From an uncultured bacterium (GTDB lineage Bacteria > Verrucomicrobiota > Verrucomicrobiia > Verrucomicrobiales > DEV007): DNA of 64,000 nt. The notes under the pieces are model-generated. The model was not told the origin of the DNA, searched no databases, and saw only the letters and a list, made by a program, of their open reading frames with translations. Of this stretch, positions 47,796-57,645 are shown piece after piece. Position numbers and translations under genes: made by a program. Where the stretch lies: NCBI GenBank assembly GCA_963977015.1, contig CAXBMO010000005.1, positions 292,422 to 356,421 of the forward strand, given 5' to 3'. Within the stretch, counting starts at the first letter, position 1; the number at the start of each line of letters is the position of its first letter.

Positions 47796-49789
47796 CCGCG
47801 CTTTCTCTCCGATTCAGGCTTTGCCACAGGTTTGCCATTCTCGCGTGTTCGCTCGCCACCCTTGGCATTGCGTCCGCTCAACAAAGCTCTCTGCAACTCG
47901 ATTGGGAGTTCGAGATCTCCGACGGGGAGGCAACTCGGGACGTTGAAATCCCGAAAGATGGTCTCATCTGGATTCGCCCACTTCAGGTCCCGGAAGGTTT
48001 GGAGTTCTTCGCAGAAGTCCTCAACGCCGAATCGCGCGACCGGAAGCGGATGGAGTTTCGCGTGCCCAAGGGCACTCACGAACTCAAAATCTGGGAGCGG
48101 TCCGGCGGGGCCACGCCCGGCAAGGCCAAATTCCGTGTCTACTTCGTCGCTGAAACGGACTCCAGCGAACCGGAGAACGACAAAAGCTCCCGTCCTCGCG
48201 AAGTGAGGGTGAGCGACTCAATTCCGGTGCGCCTTTACCCCACTGGCGAGGTCGATTTCCTGCGCGTGAATCCCGGCAAACGCGGCTACATCTCGGTGGA
48301 CGCGCCCAACCCGCCCGAAGGTCTGAGTCTGTGGCCGGAGCTCGCCGACGCATCGGGAAACAGCCTCGGCCTTGGCTCCGGACATACGCCCATTGGCGGC
48401 CCCGTCACGATTCGCGTCGCGGATCGCTGGGGCGCCTACGGATCTCTGGAGCCCTTTCAACTTCGGGTGCGATTCGTGCCGGAAATGGACTTTGCCGAAC
48501 CCAACAACTCGCCTCAGGAAGCCGTCGAAACGCGATTTGGAGCGTGGCACGAGGCTGCAATCATGCCTCAGGGCGACGTCGACTTTTTTCGGATCAAAGC
48601 CAGCGAACCGGGTTACCTGCAAATTCGTGCCTACGACCCTCCGGATTTTAACCTGAAATGGGAGATGTTCGATGCGAACTCGAATCTCAGCATCGCCGAC
48701 GGTTGGATCATGCCAATTCCGGAAGGCGAGTTTTACCTCCGACTCAATGCGGAGGACGAAACCCGGTTCTCCGAAAAGCCATTTCGCTTCCAGATCGTCT
48801 GGCGAGCCACCGAGCGAATTTCTCCCCGGCGCAGCAAGGTTGACGAAGCCACCGAAGTCGCCGCCGGCAAATCCATGCGCGTCCGCATTGCCGCCTCCGG
48901 CGAAGTCGACCACTTGGCCGTGCGGGTCGATCGCCCCTCCATTGTCTGGTTTCACGGCAAGCTCCCTCCAGGTCTCAACGCCCTTTTCCGAACCAAGGGA
49001 GGTCGCGAGGGCAATCCGCTCTGGTTGCGCGACGATCGCGGCCTCATCTCCACCTCGTTCCTGGAGCAGAATAACAAGTATACCGTCGATGCCGCGACCG
49101 TCTGGACCGACGTCGAGCCCGATCTCGATTCCAACGAGCCGAACGATTCCCGCGACGTGCGTAAAACGCTCGAAGTCGGCCGTCCCGAGCCCCTCTACCT
49201 CTATCCCGGCAACGACATCGACTGGTTCGCCTTTCGGGTCCGCAAATCAGGTTCGATCCGCTTTCGCATCCTGTCGCCGGAAGGCCGGCTCGACGATTTC
49301 GAGCAGGGAATCGAATTCGGAGTGACCGATGACAAGGGCCAACCCATTGCCCAGCGCATCGCGGTCAAAACCAGTGGTTACACCTGGGTTGCCGAACCGA
49401 TCGACCTGCCGAAAGGGAAATTCGGAATCTGGCTCAAGGGGCGTTGGGGAGGGTTTTCACCTCACCCGCTGCGCCTTCTCGCCTCCCCTTTCGACGAAGT
49501 GCCCGAATCCGTTCAACAAGTGGGAATCCAGGTTGTCAGCGTCGGCAGCGGTGACGATCTCATGGCCCTGCGCAACATCACCGAAGCCGCCGGAGCCGAA
49601 TTTATCGCCCCCGTGACAACGGACGCCGAACCTCAAGTCATCGCCAGTCTCAACACGAGTTCCGCTCCGCAGAAATCACAATCGCATTGGTGGATTTGGA
49701 TCCTCGTCATTCTCCTGGTCATCTGGCTGTTTCGAAAAATGTCAGGCCCCGGCAAACGACGCCCGAAATTCAGCTCTCTCACCGGTTAG
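47792..49789 (+). CDS. Secreted protein with repeated PPC-like beta domains and C-terminal membrane anchor
   Basis: Signal peptide; repeated DxxEPN(N/D)...G(D/E)VDxF motif; WWIWILVILLVIWLF followed by a basic tail; GTGA overlap with upstream gene. Confidence 0.72.
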   Translation: MTALSLRFRLCHRFAILACSLATLGIASAQQSSLQLDWEFEISDGEATRDVEIPKDGLIWIRPLQVPEGLEFFAEVLNAESRDRKRMEFRVPKGTHELKIWERSGGATPGKAKFRVYFVAETDSSEPENDKSSRPREVRVSDSIPVRLYPTGEVDFLRVNPGKRGYISVDAPNPPEGLSLWPELADASGNSLGLGSGHTPIGGPVTIRVADRWGAYGSLEPFQLRVRFVPEMDFAEPNNSPQEAVETRFGAWHEAAIMPQGDVDFFRIKASEPGYLQIRAYDPPDFNLKWEMFDANSNLSIADGWIMPIPEGEFYLRLNAEDETRFSEKPFRFQIVWRATERISPRRSKVDEATEVAAGKSMRVRIAASGEVDHLAVRVDRPSIVWFHGKLPPGLNALFRTKGGREGNPLWLRDDRGLISTSFLEQNNKYTVDAATVWTDVEPDLDSNEPNDSRDVRKTLEVGRPEPLYLYPGNDIDWFAFRVRKSGSIRFRILSPEGRLDDFEQGIEFGVTDDKGQPIAQRIAVKTSGYTWVAEPIDLPKGKFGIWLKGRWGGFSPHPLRLLASPFDEVPESVQQVGIQVVSVGSGDDLMALRNITEAAGAEFIAPVTTDAEPQVIASLNTSSAPQKSQSHWWIWILVILLVIWLFRKMSGPGKRRPKFSSLTG

Positions 49790-49810
49790 AAACGCCAACT
49801 GCAACCAAGC

Positions 49811-50272
49811 ATGTTCCGCTCCAAACCGGTTCAGTTTCTGCTCGTCGCTGCCGGGTGGTTCGTCGGCTTCGAGCTCGCGCTTTTCCTCATCGTCATCGGC
49901 TTCATGATGCTCTTTACGATTCCGGTGATTTTTTCGCTGGGAATTGAGGAATACCTCCAAGACATCAAGGTCAACATCATATCCTTGGTGACGGCGAATC
50001 CTGAAACGGTCTTTTTCTGGAGGGTCGCTGGCGTTCTGGCTCTCTTTCAGAGCTTGGTCCTTCTCGGGTGGAAGCCGCTGCAACAACTCTCCAAGGCGGT
50101 CATCTTTTCAGGAATGACGACCGGATTGGTGGCAGGACTTGCGAGCTGGCTTCCCCATCGAGACATCACCGGAGCATTGTTCGGATTCTTCCTTATGGGT
50201 GGAGCGGGAGCGTTGGCAACCTGGGCGGTTTTCTACCTCAAAGCGTTCTTCCGCAGAAGCACCGCCCGGTGA
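49811..50272 (+). CDS. Small membrane protein (about 4 TMs), unknown function
   Basis: Hydrophobic segments; co-oriented 21 bp after previous gene. Confidence 0.65.
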   Translation: MFRSKPVQFLLVAAGWFVGFELALFLIVIGFMMLFTIPVIFSLGIEEYLQDIKVNIISLVTANPETVFFWRVAGVLALFQSLVLLGWKPLQQLSKAVIFSGMTTGLVAGLASWLPHRDITGALFGFFLMGGAGALATWAVFYLKAFFRRSTAR

Positions 50273-50276
50273 GCCG

Positions 50277-51509
50277 CTACCCCAACTCTTCACCGATCCG
50301 GCGACAAACTTCCTCCGCGTTTTCGCGGCTGTTGAACGCGGAAATGCGGAAGTAGCCTTCCCCAGCGGCTCCGAATCCGGCCCCGGGCGTGATGACGACG
50401 TTCACCTTCTCGAGCATGCGATCAAACATGCCCCAGCTATCGACACCTTCCGGGCACTGCACCCAGATATAAGGCGCGTTAACGCCGCCAAAAACCTTGA
50501 GCCCGGCCGCTTCGCAGGCTTCACGCAACAGCTTGGCATTGCCGAGATAGTGTTCGATCAACGCGGAAACCTGTTCCTTGCCTTCGGGGCTGAAAACGGC
50601 GGCGGCACCTTTCTGCACAATGTAGCTGGCGCCATTGAATTTGGTGCTTTGGCGACGATTCCAAAGCGGGTGAATCGCTTGGTCGGTGCCATCAGCCGTC
50701 TTGCCGGTCAATTCCTTTGGAACCACGGTGTAGGCGCAGCGAACGCCGGTGAAACCACCGTTTTTGGAGAAGCTCCGGAACTCGATCGCGCAATCGCGGG
50801 CGCCCTCAATCTCATAAATGGAGCGCGGCACGTCCGGATCAGTCACAAAGGCCTCGTAAGCGGCGTCGTAGAAAAGAATCGCATCATTCTTCTTCGCATA
50901 ATCCACCCAGGCCTTGAGCTGCTCTTTGGTCGCGGTTGCTCCCGTCGGATTGTTCGGGTAGCAAAGGTAAACGAGATCGACTTTCTCCTCGGGAATGGCG
51001 GGAACGAAGTCGTTCTCGGCGGTGCACGGCATGTAAACCAGCCCCTCATAACTTCCGGATTCATCGGCATCGCCCGTATTGCCAACCATCACATTGGTAT
51101 CGACGTAAACCGGATACACGGGATCGGTGATCGCAATGGTGTTTCCCGGTCCAAAAATGTCCAGGATGTTGCCGGAATCGCACTTCGAACCATCGGAGAC
51201 AAAGATCTCGTCGGCACTCACATTCAACCCCGCATAGGCATTGTCGGCAATCGCTTCGCGCAGGAACGCGTAGCCCTGCTCCGGACCATACCCCTTGAAG
51301 GTGTCGCGATTTCCCTGCTCATCGACCGCCTCGTGCATCGCCTTGCGGCAGGCCTCGGGCAATGGCTCCGTCACGTCACCAATGCCGCAACGAATCAACT
51401 TCTTCGCAGCCTCAGGATTGGCTTCGGTGAAGGCGTTGACCCGGCGGGCGATTTCGGGGAAAAGGTAACCGGCTTTGAGCTTGAGGTAATTGTCGTTAAT
51501 TCTGGCCAT
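50277..51509 (-). CDS. dapL: LL-diaminopimelate aminotransferase
   Basis: [58 protein letters not shown]. Confidence 0.95.
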   Translation of the reverse strand: MARINDNYLKLKAGYLFPEIARRVNAFTEANPEAAKKLIRCGIGDVTEPLPEACRKAMHEAVDEQGNRDTFKGYGPEQGYAFLREAIADNAYAGLNVSADEIFVSDGSKCDSGNILDIFGPGNTIAITDPVYPVYVDTNVMVGNTGDADESGSYEGLVYMPCTAENDFVPAIPEEKVDLVYLCYPNNPTGATATKEQLKAWVDYAKKNDAILFYDAAYEAFVTDPDVPRSIYEIEGARDCAIEFRSFSKNGGFTGVRCAYTVVPKELTGKTADGTDQAIHPLWNRRQSTKFNGASYIVQKGAAAVFSPEGKEQVSALIEHYLGNAKLLREACEAAGLKVFGGVNAPYIWVQCPEGVDSWGMFDRMLEKVNVVITPGAGFGAAGEGYFRISAFNSRENAEEVCRRIGEELG

Positions 51510-51694
51510 GATGTTGCCGCAGACAAAGCGCGTTTGCTTCGCGATGTCAAGAAAACGGGCATTCAGTCGCGAAAGCCGGGGATTGGGAGAAAGTTCGACG
51601 ACGTGTCTACAAATTCGGAAAACGCGGCGCCTTAAAGGAAGGAAAGCGACCCGCTTTTCCCATTCCGTTCTTCTTCCCTCCGAACTTCCCGACC

Positions 51695-52123
51695 ATGCCT
51701 CCTTCCCCGCACTCTCACTCTGATCCCAAACACGATCCCAAGCGAACGCGAGCGCACCCACCAAAGTCAACGCAGTCACCGGGCTTCCGCGCGAATGTCT
51801 ACTTTGACTTCACCAACCGCAAAGCGTCCTCGCGGCAACCGTTTACGGAATACTATTCGCTGAACTGGGATGAGACGAACCAGAAGTGGTCATTGTGGGC
51901 CGAGGTCGAGCTTTGGGAACCTGTCACCAAGAACGCAAATCGAAAAGGCGGTCGCACCGAAGTTCCCGACGTTTTTCAGTTGCTGAGTGCAGTTTGGAAG
52001 GAGCGCGCCGAGGCCGCTCATTTGCGGCTTGATCGCTTTGAGACCAGTGAGGATTTCCCCATCGACCCCAGCCTGGAAGCAAAGCTGGATTCGCTCGAAG
52101 ACGAGATGCCGAATCCACGCTAA
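51695..52123 (+). CDS. Hypothetical protein
   Basis: 142-aa ORF fills the gap between dapL and the sigma gene; Trp-rich core; start uncertain. Confidence 0.5.
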   Translation: MPPSPHSHSDPKHDPKRTRAHPPKSTQSPGFRANVYFDFTNRKASSRQPFTEYYSLNWDETNQKWSLWAEVELWEPVTKNANRKGGRTEVPDVFQLLSAVWKERAEAAHLRLDRFETSEDFPIDPSLEAKLDSLEDEMPNPR

Positions 52124-52281
52124 ACGATGGTTCCGCAGAGGAATTGTTCTATCGCTACAAAAAACCGGGGATTTTTGTACACACACTTCGGCCGGGTTTC
52201 GCCCTATACTTATAGTGGAGTTCTCGATAAACTCCCTTCCACCCCCATTCTCCTCCCTCAATTCCTCAACGACTCCCTGGC

Positions 52282-54327
52282 ATGGACCCAAAGCTCCCCA
52301 CTCTGGACGACTACCTCGAAGAATATGGCACAATGCTATGGAACTACTGTCTCGCAGAGACTTCGCATCGCCAAGATGCGGAAGACTTGATGCAGATGGT
52401 TCTTCTTCGTCTCCGCCGCAGCATCGAACGCGCCGAAAAAGAACCCATCACTTCTCCGCGAGCGCTGGTTTTGTCGATGCTGCGCTACGCGATTCTGGAT
52501 TTTCGACGCAAGGCGATCCGCTCTCGAATCCTGGAGCAAATCATCGCCGAGGAATTGCTTGGGCAGGGAGGCGTGTTGGACCTCGTTGCCGAATATCACT
52601 CGCAGTTAAATCTGCGAGTGTCTTCGGAATTTGAAGCGGCTCGCGCGTTGATCGCGAAACTGCGGAAAGGGAGAAATGTTGCCGGTTTAAGTGAGCGCCA
52701 ACACCAGGTCGTCTGGGGGTGTATTCTGCAGGAGCGGACTCAGGAAGACGTGGCCAACGAATTGGGGATCGCGAGAGGAACGGTCGCCATTACCCTGGCA
52801 AGGGCAAAAACAAAGCTCCAAGCCTGGTTGGAGGAGAAGATCCGAAATCTGAATGATGAGGATGATTCAAGGGACGACGAGGGGGGGGACGACTGGTTCT
52901 TCAACCATGGTGACGGCGACCTTCCGTTGTCGCCGACGGATCCGTTCCAATCCGGTCCCCAGGGACTCGCCCTTCCCGAAGACAGTTCCGAGTCCGGTGC
53001 CTTGTCCGCCGCGGAAGAAGCTCTCTACGCCGATCTGGCCGAGAAAGATCGCCCGGACCAAACGGATCAATCCAGCTTCCTTGATGAACTTCTCCACTTC
53101 TGGCTCCCGTTCGAAACGCTGGCCCTGCAGCACAGCCCATCACTGAGATTGGCGCCACGTCAGGCAGATCGTGTTCTTCGGCTCGTGTTCGAACACGCAC
53201 TGGAAGACTGGAGAGACGAGATTCCAGCCAGCAAGGAAAATTGGATCGTCGCGTCGCTTCGTGAAGCCAGAGTTTTGATCTGGATAAGGGAAAAAGGATC
53301 GAACCTGTCCAATCCTGAACCAGCCCATCTTGGAAGTTCTTGCGCGAGATTTTCCGGAGGTCCCCGTGTTTCGGTCTTTGTCAGTTATTGCCGCGCTGAT
53401 CGAGAATTGAAGCGGATCAGACAATTGGTCGAGGATATTTCGAATCAATTTGCACGAATAAAATGGAGAGAAGAGAGAATTCTCGAATCCAAAAGGGTCC
53501 GGTGGTATACGCGAACGGTTAGCCCTGACTCAGGATCCTACGCTCGCATTTTGGATCAATCTTCCTATGCCTGCATGTCCAGATTACGAAGGCTATCAAG
53601 AGAGTCTATACGACACGTTCAGGAACCTATCCTTCCAGTTTATCCCTCGTTGTTCTTTCCACTAACTTCTCATCATCATTTCCTCGAACGAAACCGGATT
53701 GTCATCGAGCATCCCCAATTCTGGGACGAGTCGCGGCGATCGTTGAATCGATGTTGCTTCCTTATTCTCATCGTGAGTCGCCAATCCATTCCCGGCTACA
53801 TTGACAGCAGCGAGCTGTCAGCCTGTTCCCCGTTCCCAATAATCTGGAACGTGGTTTCCCCCATCGAATCTGAGAACCTTGATTGGGTTCTCCCTAAGGC
53901 CATTCCGCAATCGGAATCCTTGACCCTTCATCCAAACCCACAAAACCCAACTCCCCGCCTAAACGGCCTCTCCCCCTCCATTCGAGTCACTGCCCACGAA
54001 CCTGGTTACTGGTTCACCCATCCCGAAAGAGATCACGCCATGAACCGTAAGCAATGCCTCGAACTCAGTCTGAAATATCTTCAAGCGCGAGCGGACCGAT
54101 TTGAGATCGAACAACTGGAAGACGGCGTCACGGAATGCCCGGAAATCGCGGAATGGTTCCGCTTCACCTGCCGCCACTTCTACGCGCAGGAAATGATCAA
54201 TTCGTGTGGGAAAGACCAGCCTCACGCCCTCCCATCACTCTGGCCGGAAGGACTTGAGTTCGACTCGACAGAACCGGACCTGATGCTTCCCGAAAACTCA
54301 GACGAGCCCTTCGATGATGACTTCTAG
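52282..54327 (+). CDS. ECF sigma-70 factor with long C-terminal extension containing a TIR-like domain
   Basis: Region 2 (DAEDLMQMV), region 4 (LSERQ..TQEDVANELGI.RGTV...LARA); later VFVSYCRAD and FLILIVS..SI. Confidence 0.72.
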   Translation: MDPKLPTLDDYLEEYGTMLWNYCLAETSHRQDAEDLMQMVLLRLRRSIERAEKEPITSPRALVLSMLRYAILDFRRKAIRSRILEQIIAEELLGQGGVLDLVAEYHSQLNLRVSSEFEAARALIAKLRKGRNVAGLSERQHQVVWGCILQERTQEDVANELGIARGTVAITLARAKTKLQAWLEEKIRNLNDEDDSRDDEGGDDWFFNHGDGDLPLSPTDPFQSGPQGLALPEDSSESGALSAAEEALYADLAEKDRPDQTDQSSFLDELLHFWLPFETLALQHSPSLRLAPRQADRVLRLVFEHALEDWRDEIPASKENWIVASLREARVLIWIREKGSNLSNPEPAHLGSSCARFSGGPRVSVFVSYCRADRELKRIRQLVEDISNQFARIKWREERILESKRVRWYTRTVSPDSGSYARILDQSSYACMSRLRRLSRESIRHVQEPILPVYPSLFFPLTSHHHFLERNRIVIEHPQFWDESRRSLNRCCFLILIVSRQSIPGYIDSSELSACSPFPIIWNVVSPIESENLDWVLPKAIPQSESLTLHPNPQNPTPRLNGLSPSIRVTAHEPGYWFTHPERDHAMNRKQCLELSLKYLQARADRFEIEQLEDGVTECPEIAEWFRFTCRHFYAQEMINSCGKDQPHALPSLWPEGLEFDSTEPDLMLPENSDEPFDDDF

Positions 54328-54539
54328 CCTGGGTGCAAGGTGTCGCGATTCAATTCCCTCATAAACCTTTCGACGGTTGATATGGATTCCGCGATGATCG
54401 ACGCCCCGACTTCGACCTGTACTTGAACGAATCTGTTGATGAGGGGATTGGGGAAAGGATTTGCGTTCCTTCGACTTTCAGAAACAGAGCGCCCTTCTCC
54501 ATTCCGTCCTGATATTCTCCACGCACGTCTGCCAAACCG

Positions 54540-55718
54540 TCACGGTGCCTTCTTCGCCTTGGACTGGGCGGAAATGTAGGTCTTCACGACCGGGGCCGGA
54601 ATCGTATACAGGCACGATTTCTCAATCCCACGATTCACAATCGTTTCCATGAGATGCGTCTGAAGAAGTTTTGCCTTCTCAAGAGGAAGGATCATGGCCA
54701 GGTTTCCGATCTCTCGGTTGATTCGGAGCCCGCCCGTTGTCTGCTTCGCTTCAGCTTCCGCGAATCGCCAATTGCTGACGCTGGCCCCGGGCGTTCCAAA
54801 CTGCAGCGCGGCCTGAAGCAACTCATCGGTGTCCTTGCGCCGGCAGTTCACGTTGAGAACCACGCGATCGTTGACCACTCCCCGCGAGTTTTGCCGAAAC
54901 TCACTCGCGTTCGGATCATGAATCAAGAGCTGGTTGGCGCGCCAATCGGTGCCGCCATTCATTTCGTCAATGGCGCGGACGATTTGCTGGATGCTTGCCG
55001 AATGCTTCTGGGCATGAAAGACGCTCGCAAGATTGGTGAGCCCTTTTGAGATCGGGATCTGATAAATGATTCCCCTTCCGGGCTGATCAACCCGGCCCTC
55101 TTCCGCCATCGCTTGAAAAACCGCATCGACATCGCACCGGTCGACCACGGCCGTGACGAGCTCCTTGTCATGCGTCTTCGTAATCCGCAGCAACCCCAGC
55201 CGATCGCGAAGACCATAACCACGAACATAGGAAATCGTGGGCCCGGGCGCTCCCGCCTTGATCGCCGCCCGCGCCACGCCATCCGCACTGTCCTTCTCCG
55301 TAATCAGGACCAGAGCGACGAGCTCCTTGCGAAACTTGATATCGAACGAGACGGACTCGAACGTGTATTTCCCCGGTTCCCAACGGGGATAATCCTCGGC
55401 ACAGACCAGCTCCTCGCACGGCGTCGCAAAAATCGATCCCGCGCCATAGAGTTGCAGTTTCCCAACCATCACGATCTCTTCCATCAACGTATCCGCCTCC
55501 GCATTGGGAACCAGAAAAGTGATGATCTCCTGCTCGGGCGACAACGCGGGAAGAAAGGATTGATACCAGCGCTCGTTCATCAAACTCCCTCGCGCGCTCG
55601 TCGTCAGCGCATAGTGGGCGCCCGAAGCCAAAACCGCCTCCAGCACCTGATGCGTGCTGTGGCGGGGCAAAATCGCCGTTACCAGCGAGTAATCCGAATG
55701 GCGACTAAACGGCTCCAT
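54540..55718 (-). CDS. Protein with three tandem P-II-like domains
   Basis: Three ~95-aa units with P-II-type pattern (RG motif, E.I..V, GxGxI(F/Y)xxP). Confidence 0.75.
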   Translation of the reverse strand: MEPFSRHSDYSLVTAILPRHSTHQVLEAVLASGAHYALTTSARGSLMNERWYQSFLPALSPEQEIITFLVPNAEADTLMEEIVMVGKLQLYGAGSIFATPCEELVCAEDYPRWEPGKYTFESVSFDIKFRKELVALVLITEKDSADGVARAAIKAGAPGPTISYVRGYGLRDRLGLLRITKTHDKELVTAVVDRCDVDAVFQAMAEEGRVDQPGRGIIYQIPISKGLTNLASVFHAQKHSASIQQIVRAIDEMNGGTDWRANQLLIHDPNASEFRQNSRGVVNDRVVLNVNCRRKDTDELLQAALQFGTPGASVSNWRFAEAEAKQTTGGLRINREIGNLAMILPLEKAKLLQTHLMETIVNRGIEKSCLYTIPAPVVKTYISAQSKAKKAP

Positions 55719-57645
55719 CGATTGCAGGCACGGTTTCTTGTTTACTCGTTCGATTCACAATCAATCCAACTGTCAGCACCGTAATCACCGGACCAACCGA
55801 TGCCAGGGCCAGAATTCCAAACCCATTGGTCACGCCCGGGATGTTCGCACCAATTCCCAATCCCATCGCCAGGACCAGGGGAACGGTGATCGGCCCGGTG
55901 GTCACCCCGGCACTATCCCACCCGAAATTGACGAATTCCTCGGAAGAAATGATGGTGAGAAAGACGAGCAACAGATAGGGAGGAATCAACAGCATGGTGA
56001 GTTCAATCGCGGGAAACGCCATCTGGGTAACTCCGGCCGCAATCCCGAGGCCAACGCCAATCGCGACCGTTTGCATCAATACCTTTTTCTTGAACACCCC
56101 GACGGTCGTCGTCTCAACCGTCTGTCCGAGAGCATTCAACGCCGGTTCGGCGAGCGTGGCTCCATATCCCAAAAAGTACGCAAACAGGATCGCGATGACC
56201 TTGCCCGTCATCGCATTTTCATAAATGGCAGGAACGGAGCCCTCCATGCCCCATGGTTTGATGGAGGCAAAGGTTGAAGGGATGTTGCTTCCCAACTGGG
56301 TTCCCAACGGGGTCAGCCCCAGTGTCAGCCCCAATCCGAACAGCCCCATTCCAACCACGGCAAAAAGAACGCCGATCGCGATTTCATCCGCCCGGCGCAA
56401 GCGCTCGCGCAAAACGACCAGCAAGGTCAAAAACAGAAACAGACAGAGAGGCAGAATCGCCTGGGCCGCCATCACGGAAGAAATTCGAAGCTCTCGAAAA
56501 AGCTTGAGTTGGTGATCCCAGGGCTGCTGAGTCTGCTCGACAATGAACGTTTCCAGCAGGTTTTTGGAGTCCTTCTTTTCCAACAGGATTTCGGCTCCGC
56601 GATGCACAATGCGTCCATCTTCCAGGGTGACCGTTCCTCCACGATAAACCGTCCGATACTCGCTCTCCGCACCGTCCAGTTCTCCGGATTCCAAGTATTC
56701 CTGAAACTCTTCTTCCGTAAATTGAGGCATTTCCTTTGCCTTCGTTGGAGTCGCTTCGGACTTTTCGTCCAGCTCAGGATTCACAACTGCAACGATCAAC
56801 TCCTTCTTGTAGTTTGCCGCGCCGTAATAGTCTTCTGCAGTATAGTGATAGAACGACAACGACAAGACCGCGATCACCGGGAACAGCGAGGCGAGTGTCA
56901 CAATACCAAACCCCGCGCCACGATCATCATCATCGCCAATGATCCGACAAACCCCGATTCCCAGCGCCAGCACCAAGGGAACCGTCACTGGGCCCGTTGT
57001 CACAGCCCCGCAATCCCAGGCCAGGCCGATGATCGGTCTTAGCAACGGGGTATAATAGGCCACCAGGGTCAACGTCGACAGGATCAGAACGATCGGGATA
57101 ATCAGAAGCTTGAGCGACCAACCGAAGAAGAAGCGGAGAATGCCCAACATCACCGCCAAGCCAACCCCGATCCCGACGCACATCACCAGTTGGGTCGAAA
57201 AGTCATTCAACAGGCTGTAGAGAAGCGGCGCATCGCTCGGCATCACTCCACTTCCAGCCTTCTTGAGCACAGAAATCGCGGGCTCCGCGAACGTCGCCCC
57301 CACCCCCAACACAAACGAAAAGCCCATAATCATCGGGAGCTTGGAGTTGCGTGGCAGGATCGCCCCGATGGTCTCCCCAAATGGCATCAGCCCCAACCGC
57401 AACCCTTCCATGAAGAACGTCAGCCCGATCACGACGATTGCGATCCCAAGAGTGATCGTGGCACCATAAACCACCGGCAAATCCAGAAACAGAATCTGAA
57501 ACACCACCAAATAGGCGATGATGAACCAAATGCTTTTGACCTGCTCAAGCGCCTTGTCCTTGAAATACCGCCACACAATCGACACCACCCCGCCCAACCC
57601 AAGTTGGGCAATCGCGCTCTGTTTGTGGGGCGGAGATTCCGGCAT
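55705..57645 (-). CDS. DUF1538 membrane protein (two fused repeats)
   Basis: Twice: GAT.AEPA, WD...VTTGP.TVPLVLA.G.G, GFGI..LAS..PV. Confidence 0.88.
   Translation of the reverse strand: MPESPPHKQSAIAQLGLGGVVSIVWRYFKDKALEQVKSIWFIIAYLVVFQILFLDLPVVYGATITLGIAIVVIGLTFFMEGLRLGLMPFGETIGAILPRNSKLPMIMGFSFVLGVGATFAEPAISVLKKAGSGVMPSDAPLLYSLLNDFSTQLVMCVGIGVGLAVMLGILRFFFGWSLKLLIIPIVLILSTLTLVAYYTPLLRPIIGLAWDCGAVTTGPVTVPLVLALGIGVCRIIGDDDDRGAGFGIVTLASLFPVIAVLSLSFYHYTAEDYYGAANYKKELIVAVVNPELDEKSEATPTKAKEMPQFTEEEFQEYLESGELDGAESEYRTVYRGGTVTLEDGRIVHRGAEILLEKKDSKNLLETFIVEQTQQPWDHQLKLFRELRISSVMAAQAILPLCLFLFLTLLVVLRERLRRADEIAIGVLFAVVGMGLFGLGLTLGLTPLGTQLGSNIPSTFASIKPWGMEGSVPAIYENAMTGKVIAILFAYFLGYGATLAEPALNALGQTVETTTVGVFKKKVLMQTVAIGVGLGIAAGVTQMAFPAIELTMLLIPPYLLLVFLTIISSEEFVNFGWDSAGVTTGPITVPLVLAMGLGIGANIPGVTNGFGILALASVGPVITVLTVGLIVNRTSKQETVPAIDGAV

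Noticed and set aside
50139-51635. 498-aa ORF antisense to dapL (likewise 14494-15939, 1234-2130, 59594-60547)
   Set aside because: Antisense shadows explained by codon bias of well-supported genes
52881-52888. G8 tract between the sigma and TIR parts (also C8 at 8618-8625) as phase-variation switches
   Set aside because: Eight-base G/C runs are short and can arise by chance at this GC content; read-level length variation would be needed
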